This document shows, one piece after another, positions 1 through 15,079 of a stretch of 64,000 nucleotides of DNA. The notes below the pieces were generated by a model, which had not been told where the DNA came from, made no database searches, and was given only the letters and a program-made list of their open reading frames with translations. The stretch covers positions 936-64,935 of the forward strand of contig CAXHJY010001577.1 in the NCBI GenBank assembly GCA_964016885.1, given 5' to 3'. Source of the DNA: Eledone cirrhosa (Eukaryota). The position numbers and the translations under genes are program-made. Each line of letters begins with the position of its first letter. Position 1 is the first letter of the stretch.

Positions 1-2078
1 TATCTCCAAATTATTTGTCGAGCAATATTGGCCATGACTGCTGCTATGGTAGCAGGCAGGCCGCTGTCTTATTAGCAAACCACTTTCCACTGATTGACCT
101 CGATGTCACGTGATTGATTCTTTTTGAATTTGCCACCGACGCAGAGGCAGTGATTTTCTCTATGGCTAGGAATTCAGTCCACGCTTTGCTATTTTCTATC
201 CACTGCATTATTTTATTAATAAGTTTCCAGATTCCACGCTTTCCCTGGATACTTAGATGAGAATAGTCTTCCCTGACGACGGAATGATTCTCTTTGTTTT
301 CTTCGGAAAATATATTTATTCCATTCCAGAAACTAATTAGTTGGAAGTGATATTTTAGTAAGTAAGTTAATTTATAATTTTCTTATTTTACGTCTCTCAT
401 ATTATTGTTCTGCAACCCCATGCGTTGAACCACAAAGTTAGTAAGACAAAAATCTATATATTTGCTAGCATTGATATGCATCTGTATGTATATATATGTT
501 ACTAGATATTAATTCTTTATAATTATCTCCAAATTATTTGTCGAGCAATATTGGCCATGACTGCTGCTATGGTAGCAGGCAGGCCGCTGTCTTATTAGCA
601 AACCACTTTCCACTGATTGACCTCAGATGTCACGTGATTGATTCTTTTGAATTTGCCACCGACTCAGAGGCAGCGATTTCTCTATGGCTAGGAATTCAGT
701 CCACGCTTTGCTATTTTCTATCCACTGAATTATTTTTTAATAAGTTTCCAGAGTCCAACACTTTGCCTGGATACTTAGATGAGAATAGACTTCCCTGACG
801 ACGGAATGATTCTGCATGTTTTCTTCGAAAATATATTTATTCCATTCCAAAAACTAATTAGTTGGAAGTGATATTTAGTAAGTAAGTTAATTTATAATTT
901 CTTATTTTATGTCGTCTCTCATATTATTGTTCTGCAACCCATGCATTGAACCACAAAGTTTGTTACTTGGTATTAAATATTTATATATATGCTAGCATTG
1001 ATATGCAATCTGTATGTATATATATGTTGTTATTCTTTATTTATTATTGTCTCCATATTATTTGTTCGGAGCAATGATTTGGCAATGTAGGCATGAGTGC
1101 TAGCTATGGATAGCAGGCAGGCCGCTGTCTTATTAGCAAACACTGTATTGAATACTTGATGTACGTGACGTGATTGATTCTTTAGATTGCCACCGGACGC
1201 AGAGGCAGTGATTTTCTATGGCTAGGAATTCAGTCCACGCTTCTTTGATATTGGATCTGGGTTGGTATTTGTATTAATAAGTTTCCAGATTCCACGCTTC
1301 CGCTGTGATACTTAGATGAGAATAGTCTTCCCTGACGACGGAATGATTCTCTTTGTTTTTCTTCGGAAATATATTTATTTGTGGGGGTGGGGAGTGTGTG
1401 GAGGTGGTTGGATGAGTGAGTTGGAAGTGATATTTTAGTATGAAGTTATTTTATAGTATTAATATTATGTTATATTTACGTTGTTCTTGTTGGAACCAGG
1501 TAGTTGATCGTTGCTAGCATTGATATGCATTGTCTGTATGTATATATTGTTACTAGATATTTAATTCTTTATAATTATCTCAAATTATTTGTCGAGCAAT
1601 ATGGCCATGACTGATGCTATGGTAAGCATGTGCGCTGTCTTATTAGCAAACCTTTCACTGTTGACATTGACCTCGATGTCCGTGATTGATCTTTTGAATT
1701 TGCACCGACTCAGAGGCAGCGATTTTCTGGTAGGGCTATTCAGTCGCTTTGTATTTTCTAATCCACTGAATTATTTTTTAATAAGTTTCCAGAGTCCACA
1801 CTTTGCCTGGATACTTAGATGAGAATAGACTTCCCTGACGACGGAATGATTCTGCATGTTTTCTTCGGAAAATATATTTATTCCATTCCAGAATCTAATT
1901 AGTTGGAAGTGATATTTTAGTAAGTAAGTTAATTTTGTAATTTTCTTATTTTACGTCTCTCATATTAATGTTCTGCAACCCCCATGCATTGAACCACATA
2001 GTTACTAAGACAAAACCTATATATTTGCTAGCATTGATATGCATCTGTATGTATATATATGTTACTAGATATTAATTA
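1..2078 (+). repeat. Tandem array of ~522-bp HHR-containing unit (family A), ~4 copies, partly error-rich
   Basis: TATCTCCAAATTATTTGTCGAG recurs at 1, ~524, ~1048 and ~1576; copy 3 has many indels; mirror image of 7086-9166. Confidence 0.95.
268..347 (+). ncRNA. Type I hammerhead ribozyme, family A (one per unit)
   Basis: Stem I CTTCC/GGAAG; core CTGACGA (273-279); stem II GGAATG/CATTCC with internal C(TTCG)G hairpin; GAAA (329-332); palindromic stem III AACTAATTAGTT; GUU cleavage triplet. Confidence 0.8.
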
Positions 2079-2079
2079 T

Positions 2080-3865
<1,786 letters not shown>

Positions 3866-4551
3866 TAGCTTCTTGCTAAAACAATCTCTATACGTCTCAT
3901 TTATATTTATACTCGGATTCTTTTCCTAGAGTGCTTAAACTATCTGTGACTAATCCCGGTTTTTTCATAAAAACTGTGATAATTATTGCTATTTTGCTGA
4001 ACTCGTTGTAGAGTTTTTTTCAGAATGTATTTGACTGCTATTTCTTGTAAATAAACATTCACTTCCATCCTGACGTCACTAGCCCCGTTTTTTTCCTCAT
4101 GTGCTTTTTCATAAATACACATGAAGGCGAACTAGCCAGTTTTAGAATTCCCTTTTTCGGACTATATTACTGTGAGAGCCCTGGTTTTCTGTTGAGCTCT
4201 GCTGATGAATGATATTCCAACCGTGACCATCTCCACTGAAAGTTTTCATGAAATAGTCTTTTAAGACTATACAGAGCATTTGATGTTATTCCAAATTGAA
4301 GGATAAGTGTTTCAAACTTTGTTTTATCATGAGTTAAAAGGTCTATAGATTTTTTTTCTTTTTTTTTCTTCTCTTTCCCATGGATTTTACTAAATTCTGT
4401 GGATGAATTTGTATCCTGATTCTCTTTTGAGATGAGTTTGAGTTATTTTTCCTAAATCTTTCGTTAACTACTTTTCCCATCTTGACGTTATAGTCGCATA
4501 TATGTTATAGAATGCCGTTAGCTTCTTGCTAAAACAATCTCTATACGTCTC

Positions 4552-4556
<5 letters not shown>
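3866..4556 (+). mobile_element. Non-coding HHR element family B, ~650-nt unit plus ~38-nt terminal direct repeat
   Basis: TAGCTTCTTGCTAAAACAATCTCTATACGTCTCATTTA at both ends; flanked by (TA)n; homologous to 15612-16273. Confidence 0.8.
4196..4277 (+). ncRNA. Type I hammerhead ribozyme, family B
   Basis: GCTCTG-CTGATGA-ATGA...TCAT-GAAA-TAGTCTT TT AAGACTA-TA-CAGAGC: 6-bp stem I, intact core, 7-bp hairpin stem III. Confidence 0.88.
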
Positions 4557-4590
<34 letters not shown>

Positions 4591-4591
4591 T

Positions 4592-4679
<88 letters not shown>

Positions 4680-5311
4680 ATAAATGAGACGTATAGAGAT
4701 TGTTTTAGCAAGAAGCTAACGGCATTCTATAACATATATGCGACTATAACGTCAAGATGGGAAAAGTAGTTAACGAAAGATTTAGGAAAAATAACTCAAA
4801 CTCATCTCAAAAGAGAATCAGGATACAAATTCATCCACAGAATTTAGTAAAATCCATGGAAAAAATCTATAGACCTTTAACTCATGATAAAACAAAGTTT
4901 GAAACACTTATCCTTCAATTTGGAATAACATCAAATGCTCTGTATAGTCTTAAAAGACTATTTCATGAAAACTTTCAGTGGAGATGGTCACGGTTGGAAT
5001 ATCATTCATCAGCAGAGCTCAACAGAAAACCAGGGCTCTCACAGTAATATAGTCCGAAAAAGGGAATTCTAAAACTGGCTAGTTCGCCTTCATGTGTATT
5101 TATGAAAAAGCACATGAGGAAAAAACGGGGCTAGTGACGTCAGGATGGAAGTGAATGTTTATTTACAAGAAATAGCAGTCAAATACATTCTGAAAAAAAC
5201 TCTACAACGAGTTCAGCAAAATAGCAATAATTATCACAGTTTATGAAAAAACCGGGAGTTAGTTCTAGCATGATCAGTTTTAAGAACGTATAGAGATTGT
5301 TAGAAGAAGCT
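4680..5311 (-). mobile_element. Inverted copy of family B element (HHR at 4937-5018)
   Basis: Reverse complement of 3866-4556; noisy after ~5255. Confidence 0.85.
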
Positions 5312-5312
5312 A

Positions 5313-5348
5313 TTATATATATATATATTAGACTATAGAATTTTTAGC

Positions 5349-5381
<33 letters not shown>

Positions 5382-5386
5382 TATAT

Positions 5387-5448
<62 letters not shown>

Positions 5449-5463
5449 ATATTATATATATAT

Positions 5464-5517
<54 letters not shown>

Positions 5518-5522
5518 ATATA

Positions 5523-5577
<55 letters not shown>

Positions 5578-5676
5578 TATATATATATATTATATATATA
5601 TATATAATATATATATATATATATTATATATATATATATAATATATATATATATATAATATATATATATATATATA

Positions 5677-5744
<68 letters not shown>

Positions 5745-5766
5745 TATATATATATACATATATATA

Positions 5767-5809
<43 letters not shown>

Positions 5810-5847
5810 ATATTATATATATATATATATATTATATATATATATAT

Positions 5848-5879
<32 letters not shown>

Positions 5880-5920
5880 ATTTATATATTATATATATAT
5901 ATATGTTATATATATATATT

Positions 5921-5954
<34 letters not shown>

Positions 5955-6432
5955 TAATATATATATATACTATATATATATTATATATATTATATTCATA
6001 TATATATATAATTATATATATATATTTATATATTATATATATATATATATATATTAATATATATATATACTATATATATATTATATATATATATTCATAT
6101 ATATATATATTATATATATATATTTATATACATACATAAATATATATTATATATATATTATATATATATATTTATATACATACATAAATATATATTATAT
6201 ATATATTATATATATATATTTATATACATACATAAATATATATTATATATATATTATATATATATATATTTATATACATACATATATATATATATTATAT
6301 ATATATATTTATATACATACATATATATATATATTATATATATATATTTATATACATACATATATATATATATTATATATATATATTTATATACATACAT
6401 ATATATATATATTATATATATATATTATATAT

Positions 6433-6471
<39 letters not shown>

Positions 6472-6486
6472 TATTATATATATATT

Positions 6487-6536
<50 letters not shown>

Positions 6537-6589
6537 ATTTATATACATACATATATATATATATTATATATATATATTTATATACATAC

Positions 6590-6620
<31 letters not shown>

Positions 6621-6669
6621 ATTTATATACATACATATATATATATATTATATATATATATTTATTTAC

Positions 6670-6708
<39 letters not shown>

Positions 6709-6714
6709 ATTTAC

Positions 6715-6747
<33 letters not shown>

Positions 6748-6846
6748 ATTTATATACATACATATATATATATTATATATATATATTTATTTACATATTA
6801 TATATATATATATATATCATATATATATATTATATATATATTTATT

Positions 6847-6886
<40 letters not shown>

Positions 6887-6896
6887 ATCTACATAC

Positions 6897-6929
<33 letters not shown>

Positions 6930-7018
6930 ATATATTATATATATATATTTATATACATATATATATATATATATACATACATATATATATATATATATAT
7001 ACATACATACATACATAT

Positions 7019-7085
<67 letters not shown>
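5313..7085. repeat. (TA)n microsatellite
   Basis: Direct inspection. Confidence 0.98.
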
Positions 7086-7086
<1 letters not shown>

Positions 7087-9470
7087 ATAATTAATATCTA
7101 GTAACATATATATACATACAGATGCATATCAATGCTAGCAAATATATAGGTTTTGTCTTAGTAACTATGTGGTTCAATGCATGGGGTTGCAGAACATTAA
7201 TATGAGAGACGTAAAATAAGAAAATTACAAAATTAACTTACTTACTAAAATATCACTTCCAACTAATTAGATTCTGGAATGGAATAAATATATTTTCCGA
7301 AGAAAACATGCAGAATCATTCCGTCGTCAGGGAAGTCTATTCTCATCTAAGTATCCAGGCAAAGTGTGGACTCTGAAACTTATTAAAAAATAATTCAGTG
7401 GATAGAAAATAGCAAAGCGTGGACTGAATTCCTAGCCATAGAGAAAATCGCTGCCTCTGAGTCGGTGGCAAATTCAAAAAGAATCAATCACGTGACATCG
7501 AGGTCAATCAGTGGAAAGTGGTTTGCTAATAAGACAGCGGCATGCCTGCTACCATAGCAGCAGTCATGGCCAATATTGCTCGACAAATAATTTGGAGATA
7601 ATTATAAAGAATTAATATCTAGTAACATATATATACATACAGATGCATATCAATGCTAGCAAATATATAGATTTTGTCTTAGTAACTTTGTGGTTCAACG
7701 CATGGGGTTGCAGAACAATAATATGAGAGACGTAAAATAAGAAAATTATAAAATTAACTTACTTACTAAAATATCACTTCAACTAATTAGTTTCTGGAAT
7801 GGAATAAATATATTTTCCGAAGAAAACAAAGAGAATCATTCCGTCGTCAGGGAAGACTATTCTCATCTAAGTATCCAGGGAAAGCGTGGAATCTGGAAAC
7901 TTATTAATAAAATAATGCAGTGGATAGAAAATAGCAAAGCGTGGACTGAATTCCTAGCCATAGAGAAAATCACTGCCTCTGCGTCGGTGGCAAATTCAAA
8001 AAGAATCAATCACGTGACATCGAGGTCAATCAGTGGAAAGTGGTTTGCTAATAAGACAGCGGCCTGCCTGCTACCATAGCAGCAGTCATGGCCAATATTG
8101 CTCGACAAATAATTTGGAGATAATTATAAAGAATTAATATCGAGTAACATATATATACATACAGATGCATATCAATGCTAGCATATATATAGGTTTTGTC
8201 TTAGTAACTTTGTGGTTCAATGCATGGGGTTGCAGAACAATAATATGAGAGACGTAAAATAAGAAAATTATAAAATTAACTTACTTACTAAAATATCACT
8301 TCCAACTAATTAGTTTTTGGAATGGAATAAATATATTTCCGAAGAAAACATGCAGAATCATTCCGTCGTCAGGGAAGTCTATTCTCATCTAAGTATCCAG
8401 GCAAAGTGTGGACTCTGGAAACTTATTAAAAAATAATTCAGTGGATAGAAAATAGCAAAGCGTGGACTGAATTCCTAGCCATAGAGAAAATCGCTGCCTC
8501 TGAGTCGGTGGCAAATTCAAAAAGAATCAATCACGTGACATCGAGGTCAATCAGTGGAAAGTGGTTTGCTAATAAGACAGCGGCCTGCCTGCTACCATAG
8601 CAGCAGTCATGGCCAATATTGCTCGACAAATAATTTGGAGATAATTATAAAGAATTAATATCTAGTAACATATATATACATACAGATGCATATCAATGCT
8701 AGCAAATATATAGATTTTGTCTTACTAACTTTGTGGTTCAACGCATGGGGTTGCAGAACAATAATATGAGAGACGTAAAATAAGAAAATTATAAAATTAA
8801 CTTACTTACTAAAATATCACTTCCAACTAATTAGTTTCTGGAATGGAATAAATATATTTTCCGAAGAAAACAAAGAGAATCATTCCGTCGTCAGGGAAGA
8901 CTATTCTCATCTAAGTATCCAGGGAAAGCGTGGAATCTGGAAACTTATTAATAAAATAATGCAGTGGATAGAAAATAGCAAAGCGTGGACTGAATTCCTA
9001 GCCATAGAGAAAATCACTGCCTCTGCGTCGGTGGCAAATTCAAAAAGAATCAATCACGTGACATCGAGGTCAATCAGTGGAAAGTGGTTTGCTAATAAGA
9101 CAGCGGCCTGCCTGCTACCATAGCAGCAGTCATGGCCAATATTGCTCGACAAATAATTTGGAGATAATTATAAAGAATTAATATCGAGTAACATATATAT
9201 ACATACAGATGCATATCAATGCTAGCATATATATAGGTTTTGTCTTAGTAACTTTGTGGTTCAATGCATGGGGTTGCAGAACAATAATATGAGAGACGTA
9301 AAATAAGAAAATTATAAAATTAACTTACTTACTAAAATATCACTTCCAACTAATTAGTTTTTGGAATGGAATAAATATATTTTCCAAAGAAAACATGGAG
9401 AATCATTCCGTCGTCAGGGAAGTCTATTCTCATCTAAGTATCCAGGCAAAGCGTGGACTCTGGAAACTTA
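7086..9470 (-). repeat. Family A ~522-bp tandem array, antisense, ~4.6 copies
   Basis: Reverse complement of the unit; first HHR at 7255-7336; two variants alternate. Confidence 0.97.
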
Positions 9471-9475
9471 TAGCA

Positions 9476-10486
9476 AACCACAAAGTTACTAAGACAAAAC
9501 CTATATATTTGCTAGCATTGATATGCATCTGTATGTATATATATGTTACTAGATATTAATTCTTTATAATTATCTCCAAATTATTTGTCGAGCAATATTG
9601 GCCATAACTCCTGCTATGGTAGCAGGCAGGCCGCTGTCTTATTAGCAAACCACTTTCCACTGATTGACCTCGATGTCACGTGATTGATTCTTTTTGAATT
9701 TGCCACCGACGACGAGGCAGTGATTTCTTCTATGGCTAGGAATTCAGTCCACGCTTTGCTATTTTCTATCCACTGAATTATTTTTTAATATGTTTCCAGA
9801 GTCCACGCTTTGCCTGCATACTTAGATGAGAATAGTCTTCCCTGACGACGGAATGATTCTCCATGCTCTCTTCGGAAAATATATTTATTCCATTCCAGAA
9901 ACTAATTAGTTGGAAGTGATAATTTAGTAAGTAAGTTAATTTTGTAATTTTCTTATTTTACGTCTCTCATATTATTGTTCTGCAACCCCATGCATTGAAC
10001 CACAAAGTTACTAAGACAGAACCTATATATTTGCTAGCATTGATATGCATCTGTATGTATATATATATGTTACTAGATATTAATTCTTTATAATTAACTC
10101 CAAATTATTTGTCGAGCAATATTGGCCATGACTGCTGCTATGGTAGCAGGCAGGCCGCTGTCTTATTAGCAAACCACTTTCCACTGATTGACCTCGATGT
10201 CACGTGATTGATTCTTTTTGAATTTGCCACCGACGCAGAGGCAGCGATTTTCTCTATGGCTAGGAATTCAGTCCACGCTTTGCTATTTTCTATCCACTGA
10301 ATTATTTTTTAATAAGTTTCCAGAGTTCACGCTTTGCCTGGATACTTAGATGAGAATAGTCTTCCCTGACGACGGAATGATTCTCCATATTTTCTTCGGA
10401 AAATATATTTATTCCATTCCAGAAACTAATTAGTTGGAAGTGATATTTTAGTAAGTAAGTTAATTTTATAATTTTCTTATTTTACG

Positions 10487-10496
<10 letters not shown>
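9476..10496 (+). repeat. Family A array, sense, ~2 copies, joined head-to-head to the preceding array
   Basis: Orientation switch at GGAAACTTA-TAGC-AAACCACAAAG; ends TTACGTCTCTCATAT into (TA)n. Confidence 0.95.
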
Positions 10497-10528
<32 letters not shown>

Positions 10529-10631
10529 GGTGGCTACCAACTCGTTTTCGAGTCGGCCACTATTTTATATCCATGTAGGAGAACCCCTACCGATGCGCTG
10601 AACAACTGACTTTTTCGTCAAACCAGCGACT

Positions 10632-11036
10632 TGTCCTCTCAACAACCATTATCTTGAAAAAAACTTAGTCTACGAATGTAAAGTTATAACTGACACCAAT
10701 TCCTTTACTTATTTTGGTTCCACTTCCACCTCCTTTAAAGCTTGTCTTTATAATCATCATTCGTCTTTTAAATACCCACTTAAAAGAACCAACACGGCAC
10801 TCTCAGAACTCGCATGGTCCTTGAAAGACAAAAATATTAACTATAACATCTCTTGGAAGAAGGTTTGTTCTGCTTCTTCATACTTGAATAGTTCTCTATC
10901 CAAGACATGCAATCTTTGTTTATGTGAAAATTTTACCATTATATCTAACTTAGATTCTATAATAAATAGACGCACTGACTTGTTTTCTCTCTGCTTGCAT
11001 AAATTCCATAGAACATTCCATAAAGTATACATCTAA
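10632..11036 (+). pseudogene. GIY-YIG endonuclease 3' remnant of a Penelope-like element (Naiad-like)
   Basis: Manual translation CPLNNHYLEKNLVYEC...YFGSTSTSFK...NHHSSF...ALSELAWSLKD continuing into the listed ORF (ISWK...CNLCLCE...INRR...CLH). Confidence 0.85.
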
Positions 11037-12023
11037 TATCTAATACTTTATCAATGTAAAATCCTTTTCTCAAAGACACATATATATACATATATATTTC
11101 TTTAAAAATATACCCATCTCTCTACCTTATTTCAATGTTATTTATTATACATATATAATACTAGTTACTCATTCTATATCACTCCTATTTATCACTTCCC
11201 TTTCTTTCTTTTTTCCTTTTTTATTTTCTTTTTTTATTTTTATTTTAATTTCTAACCCCTAATCTGTACCTTTTCTTCCTAGATACTTCTCAATTATCAT
11301 TGTGCCTAACGTAGAAACAATTATTACTCAGCACAATATATTCTTACTTTATATCACCTTGAAAAAATCCTTCGTAAACATAAACATTTTTTTGACGTTA
11401 GATTATTCATCCTCAATTCATTATTTTTTTCTACCTTTCATGCTCATCTAACTTACACATATTACACTTATTCATCCACTCTTCTACTTCTTTCACAATA
11501 TATCCTTAATTACATTACTATTGCTATATGTTTTATATTTTTTAATAATACATATCAACAATTTCTTTCCATCGCACATATTATTAAACCCTTAAATATT
11601 ATTCTTAATACATATTAACAATTTCTTTTCATCGCACATATTATTAAACCCTTAAATATACAAACCTTAATTTAACATTATTCTAAATCTTTCTCTTCGT
11701 TAATTTTCAAATTCTTTAAATTTATATATTATCTTCCAACGGTTTTTCAACCTCTCTATGTAAAACAATATATTTTTCTCAGCTATAAAAGCTATCTCTC
11801 TCTCTCTATCACTCATCTCTCCTCCTATCTCATCCTTCCTCATTATACTCCTCCCCCTCCACTTTTTACTCTCATCTGCTCCTCTTTTTCATCCTTTCCA
11901 TCCCCCCACCCCCGCCCCTCAATTTTTTCCCAATATCACACATCACTCTAAAACTACTTTTCATATGTTGATTTAAAACTGCACTATTCACAAATGTGTT
12001 TTAACCTTCATATCATGTCTCCC

Positions 12024-12094
12024 TATTTTATCTGACGAAAACGCAAATGTTATTGCATGATGATATTTGTTTCTGAAATGCGCATAATAAAATA
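12024..12094 (+). ncRNA. Type I hammerhead ribozyme at the 3' end (pLTR) of the Naiad-like remnant
   Basis: TATTTTAT-CTGACGA-long stem II-GAAA-TGCGCA-TA-ATAAAATA; palindromic stem III ATGCGCAT. Confidence 0.82.
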
Positions 12095-12125
12095 CATGGA
12101 ACTCTTTTAACCATCTTTTGATCTT

Positions 12126-12195
12126 ATATATTATATATATATATGTATATATATATACATATCTGTATATATATATACATATACATACATATATG

Positions 12196-12235
<40 letters not shown>

Positions 12236-12431
12236 TGTATATATATACATATATGTATATATATACATATACATACATATATGTATATATATACATATAC
12301 ATACATATATGTATATATATATGTATATATATATACATATATGTATATATATATACATATACATACATATATGAATATATATATATATACATATATGTAT
12401 ATATATACATATACATACATATATGTATATA

Positions 12432-12469
<38 letters not shown>

Positions 12470-12871
12470 CATATATGTATAAATATATATACATACATAT
12501 ATGTATAAATATACATACATATATGTATATATATATACATACATACATACATATGTATATATATATATATATACATACATATGTATATATATATATATAT
12601 ACATACATATGTATATATATATATACATACATATATGTATATATATATATATACATACATATGTATATATATATATACATACATATATGTATATATATAT
12701 ATATACATACATATGTATATATATATATACATACATATATGTATATATATATATATATACATACATATATGTATATATATATATATACATACATATATGT
12801 ATATATATATATATACATACATATATGTATATATATATACATACATATATGTATATATATATATATATATG

Positions 12872-12909
<38 letters not shown>

Positions 12910-13030
12910 CTATATGTATATATATATATATATACATACTATATGTATATATATATATATATACATACATATATGTTTATATATACATACATATATGTAT
13001 ATATATATATATTTATATATATATATATAT
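12126..13030. repeat. (TA)n/TACA microsatellite
   Basis: Direct inspection. Confidence 0.98.
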
Positions 13031-13032
13031 AA

Positions 13033-14257
13033 TCTATACTATAAAGCTCACTGCCATATGTAGGTAACAAACTATCCGCCAAACGGCTGGACCAAACAGC
13101 ACCAAATTTGCACCATAGATGTAACTTTTTCTGAATAAATAAGTGATGGTATTGTTGCTTACGGAATTTTGTTAAAAGATTAAAGACATTATTTAAATAT
13201 TCACTTCTTTAAAATTTCACATGTCAACACTTCCGGTTATACGTCATTCCTCACTTTTTTTATGACGTCGCACAGCATTCCTCTATTTTTCTTAGTCTGT
13301 ATGACTGGCTGTCTGCATTAGATAACATTTTTCGAAGTATTTACTTCTGCGTTCACAGACTGATTTTTTCAGTTTCAGAAGATCCCGTTAAGGGTGAAAG
13401 CAGCGATTCTTTGCTTAAACTTTTATCTTTTATTTTAATATATATATTCGTGTACAGATATTTTTTGCATACACAAAAACAAAAGCCTATTTATTTCACG
13501 AAAGCACAGAAGGCTTATCTTCATTGTTACTGTTCGAGGTTAGAAGACCACAATCTTTCCAAGATCTGAGAACCATCAATGGCCATCAATGTTCAACTTA
13601 CCGTTTGGCTTGCCAGATGCGTGGTATGTTACACAATGGCAGCCAGTGGCATCTCACCCTGCAAGAAGCAGCAACTTCTAAAGTCCCTTCTCAGCTGCGA
13701 AAACTGTTATGTTATTATTTTGCACAACTGTGATCTCGCCGACCCTCTCGAGATGTGGAACAACCACCGCGAAAGTCTAACTGAAGACATCCTCCACCGT
13801 ACACGCAGACACAATCCGAACGTAACATACGATATCGTTTCCAACGAGGCGCTCATTTGTCTTGAAAACAGTGTCCTGGAGTTTGGTGGTAGGCCTCTAG
13901 GTCACTACAGCTTATCTGCTTCTGACAGGAGTGTCCAGAATTGAACGTCTACAGAGCTTCCCCGTGAGACGAGCTACGAAATCAGTGATTCTCCCATGGT
14001 CAATTGTATGTAGGATGCTCTAGGGTTAGCTCGCCAAACAATCTCTTCATCTTTGCTCCGGAGTTCCGAACAAAAAATATTGTATACTTTGACGCTCTAA
14101 CAGTGTAATTTAAATATTTTCTGTTACTTGGAATTTCCATTATGGTTGTACAAATTATTGTTTGTTAAAATATGTGTCCTGTTGACAGTTTATTGTTGTA
14201 ACTATCAATTTCCTTTAACGTACTGGCTGCTAGACTGGGGAATACCGGGCCAGCTAG
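13033..14257 (+). mobile_element. Internally deleted Helitron
   Basis: A|TC start, CTAG|T end after a short GC hairpin; Rep-Hel linker fragments (PQSFQDLRTING...YRLAC; DPLEMWNNHRESLTED) and a helicase C-terminal GQLYVGCSRV...KNIVY fragment near 13990-14090. Confidence 0.85.
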
Positions 14258-14272
14258 TATATATATATATAT

Positions 14273-15034
14273 AGTAGAGCCAGATTTGATAGTACACAGG
14301 TATACTATATTTGATTCCAGGCATCTATTCTTTAGTGGGCATTTATCCGGTAGGTGGCAGTTACACTTGGAGGCCTTCCTGTGTGCAGGTTTCCCGTTGC
14401 GGTTCTGTATGTTGTTAGGGGCGGGATGGGATTTAGGTTTACTAGTGTTTTGTTTTGATGTGCCCAGGCGTGCGGACGGTTGTGATGCTGTTATGTGTTT
14501 GCGTTTTGTATTTGGTGCTACGGTGTATGTTGGTAGATTACATTATTTAGAAATTCTTTTATAGTTGATTTTATGTATGTGTGATTCTATATTAGCTGCA
14601 GTAGAGTAAGAGAGTTTGATAGTTTTTCTGTTAAAGATTCTATGGTATTTGTGTAGTTTAGGGAAGTGCTTGTCGATTAATTTAAAGAATTTAGGAGGTT
14701 GGGTGGTTTTTAAGGAAGAGTTGAAAATTGGATTGAACCTTAAATGTTTCCTACCTTGGGGTTTTCTGGAGTTTCTAGAGATCAACATAGTGGTTGGTTT
14801 GGCTATTTCGTGTGTCTGTTGCCTATTTCTATGTTTAGTTCTATATTTGTTACTCCTGTAGGTTCGGGTGGTGCAGTTGTCGTTAGGTTTGTATTTGTAG
14901 TTGCTGTCTCTATCGGGTATGTATTTGAGCCCTTCCTTGTGGCCTGCCTTACATAAAGCTATAACTTCGATTACTACTATCATCAGTGACCGTATTTTTT
15001 TATTATTTTTTATTATTGTTGTTATTGTTTTCAT
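14273..15034 (-). pseudogene. Naiad-like Penelope fragment (RT thumb end, linker, Cys-rich motif, start of GIY-YIG)
   Basis: RFNPIFNSSLKT...FFKLIDKHFP...IFNRKTIKLSYS; manual translation downstream CNCHLPDKCPLKNRCLESNIVY. Confidence 0.85.
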
Positions 15035-15079
15035 TTACTTTATTCTCCAATGTATCTATAATACTTGTGTTATACCCTT

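Noticed and set aside
538-798. 86-aa ORF in the family A unit
   Set aside because: Frame not conserved between copies; no recognisable domain
14540-14548. Selenocysteine read-through as reported for some Naiad elements
   Set aside because: The interrupting stop is TAA, not TGA
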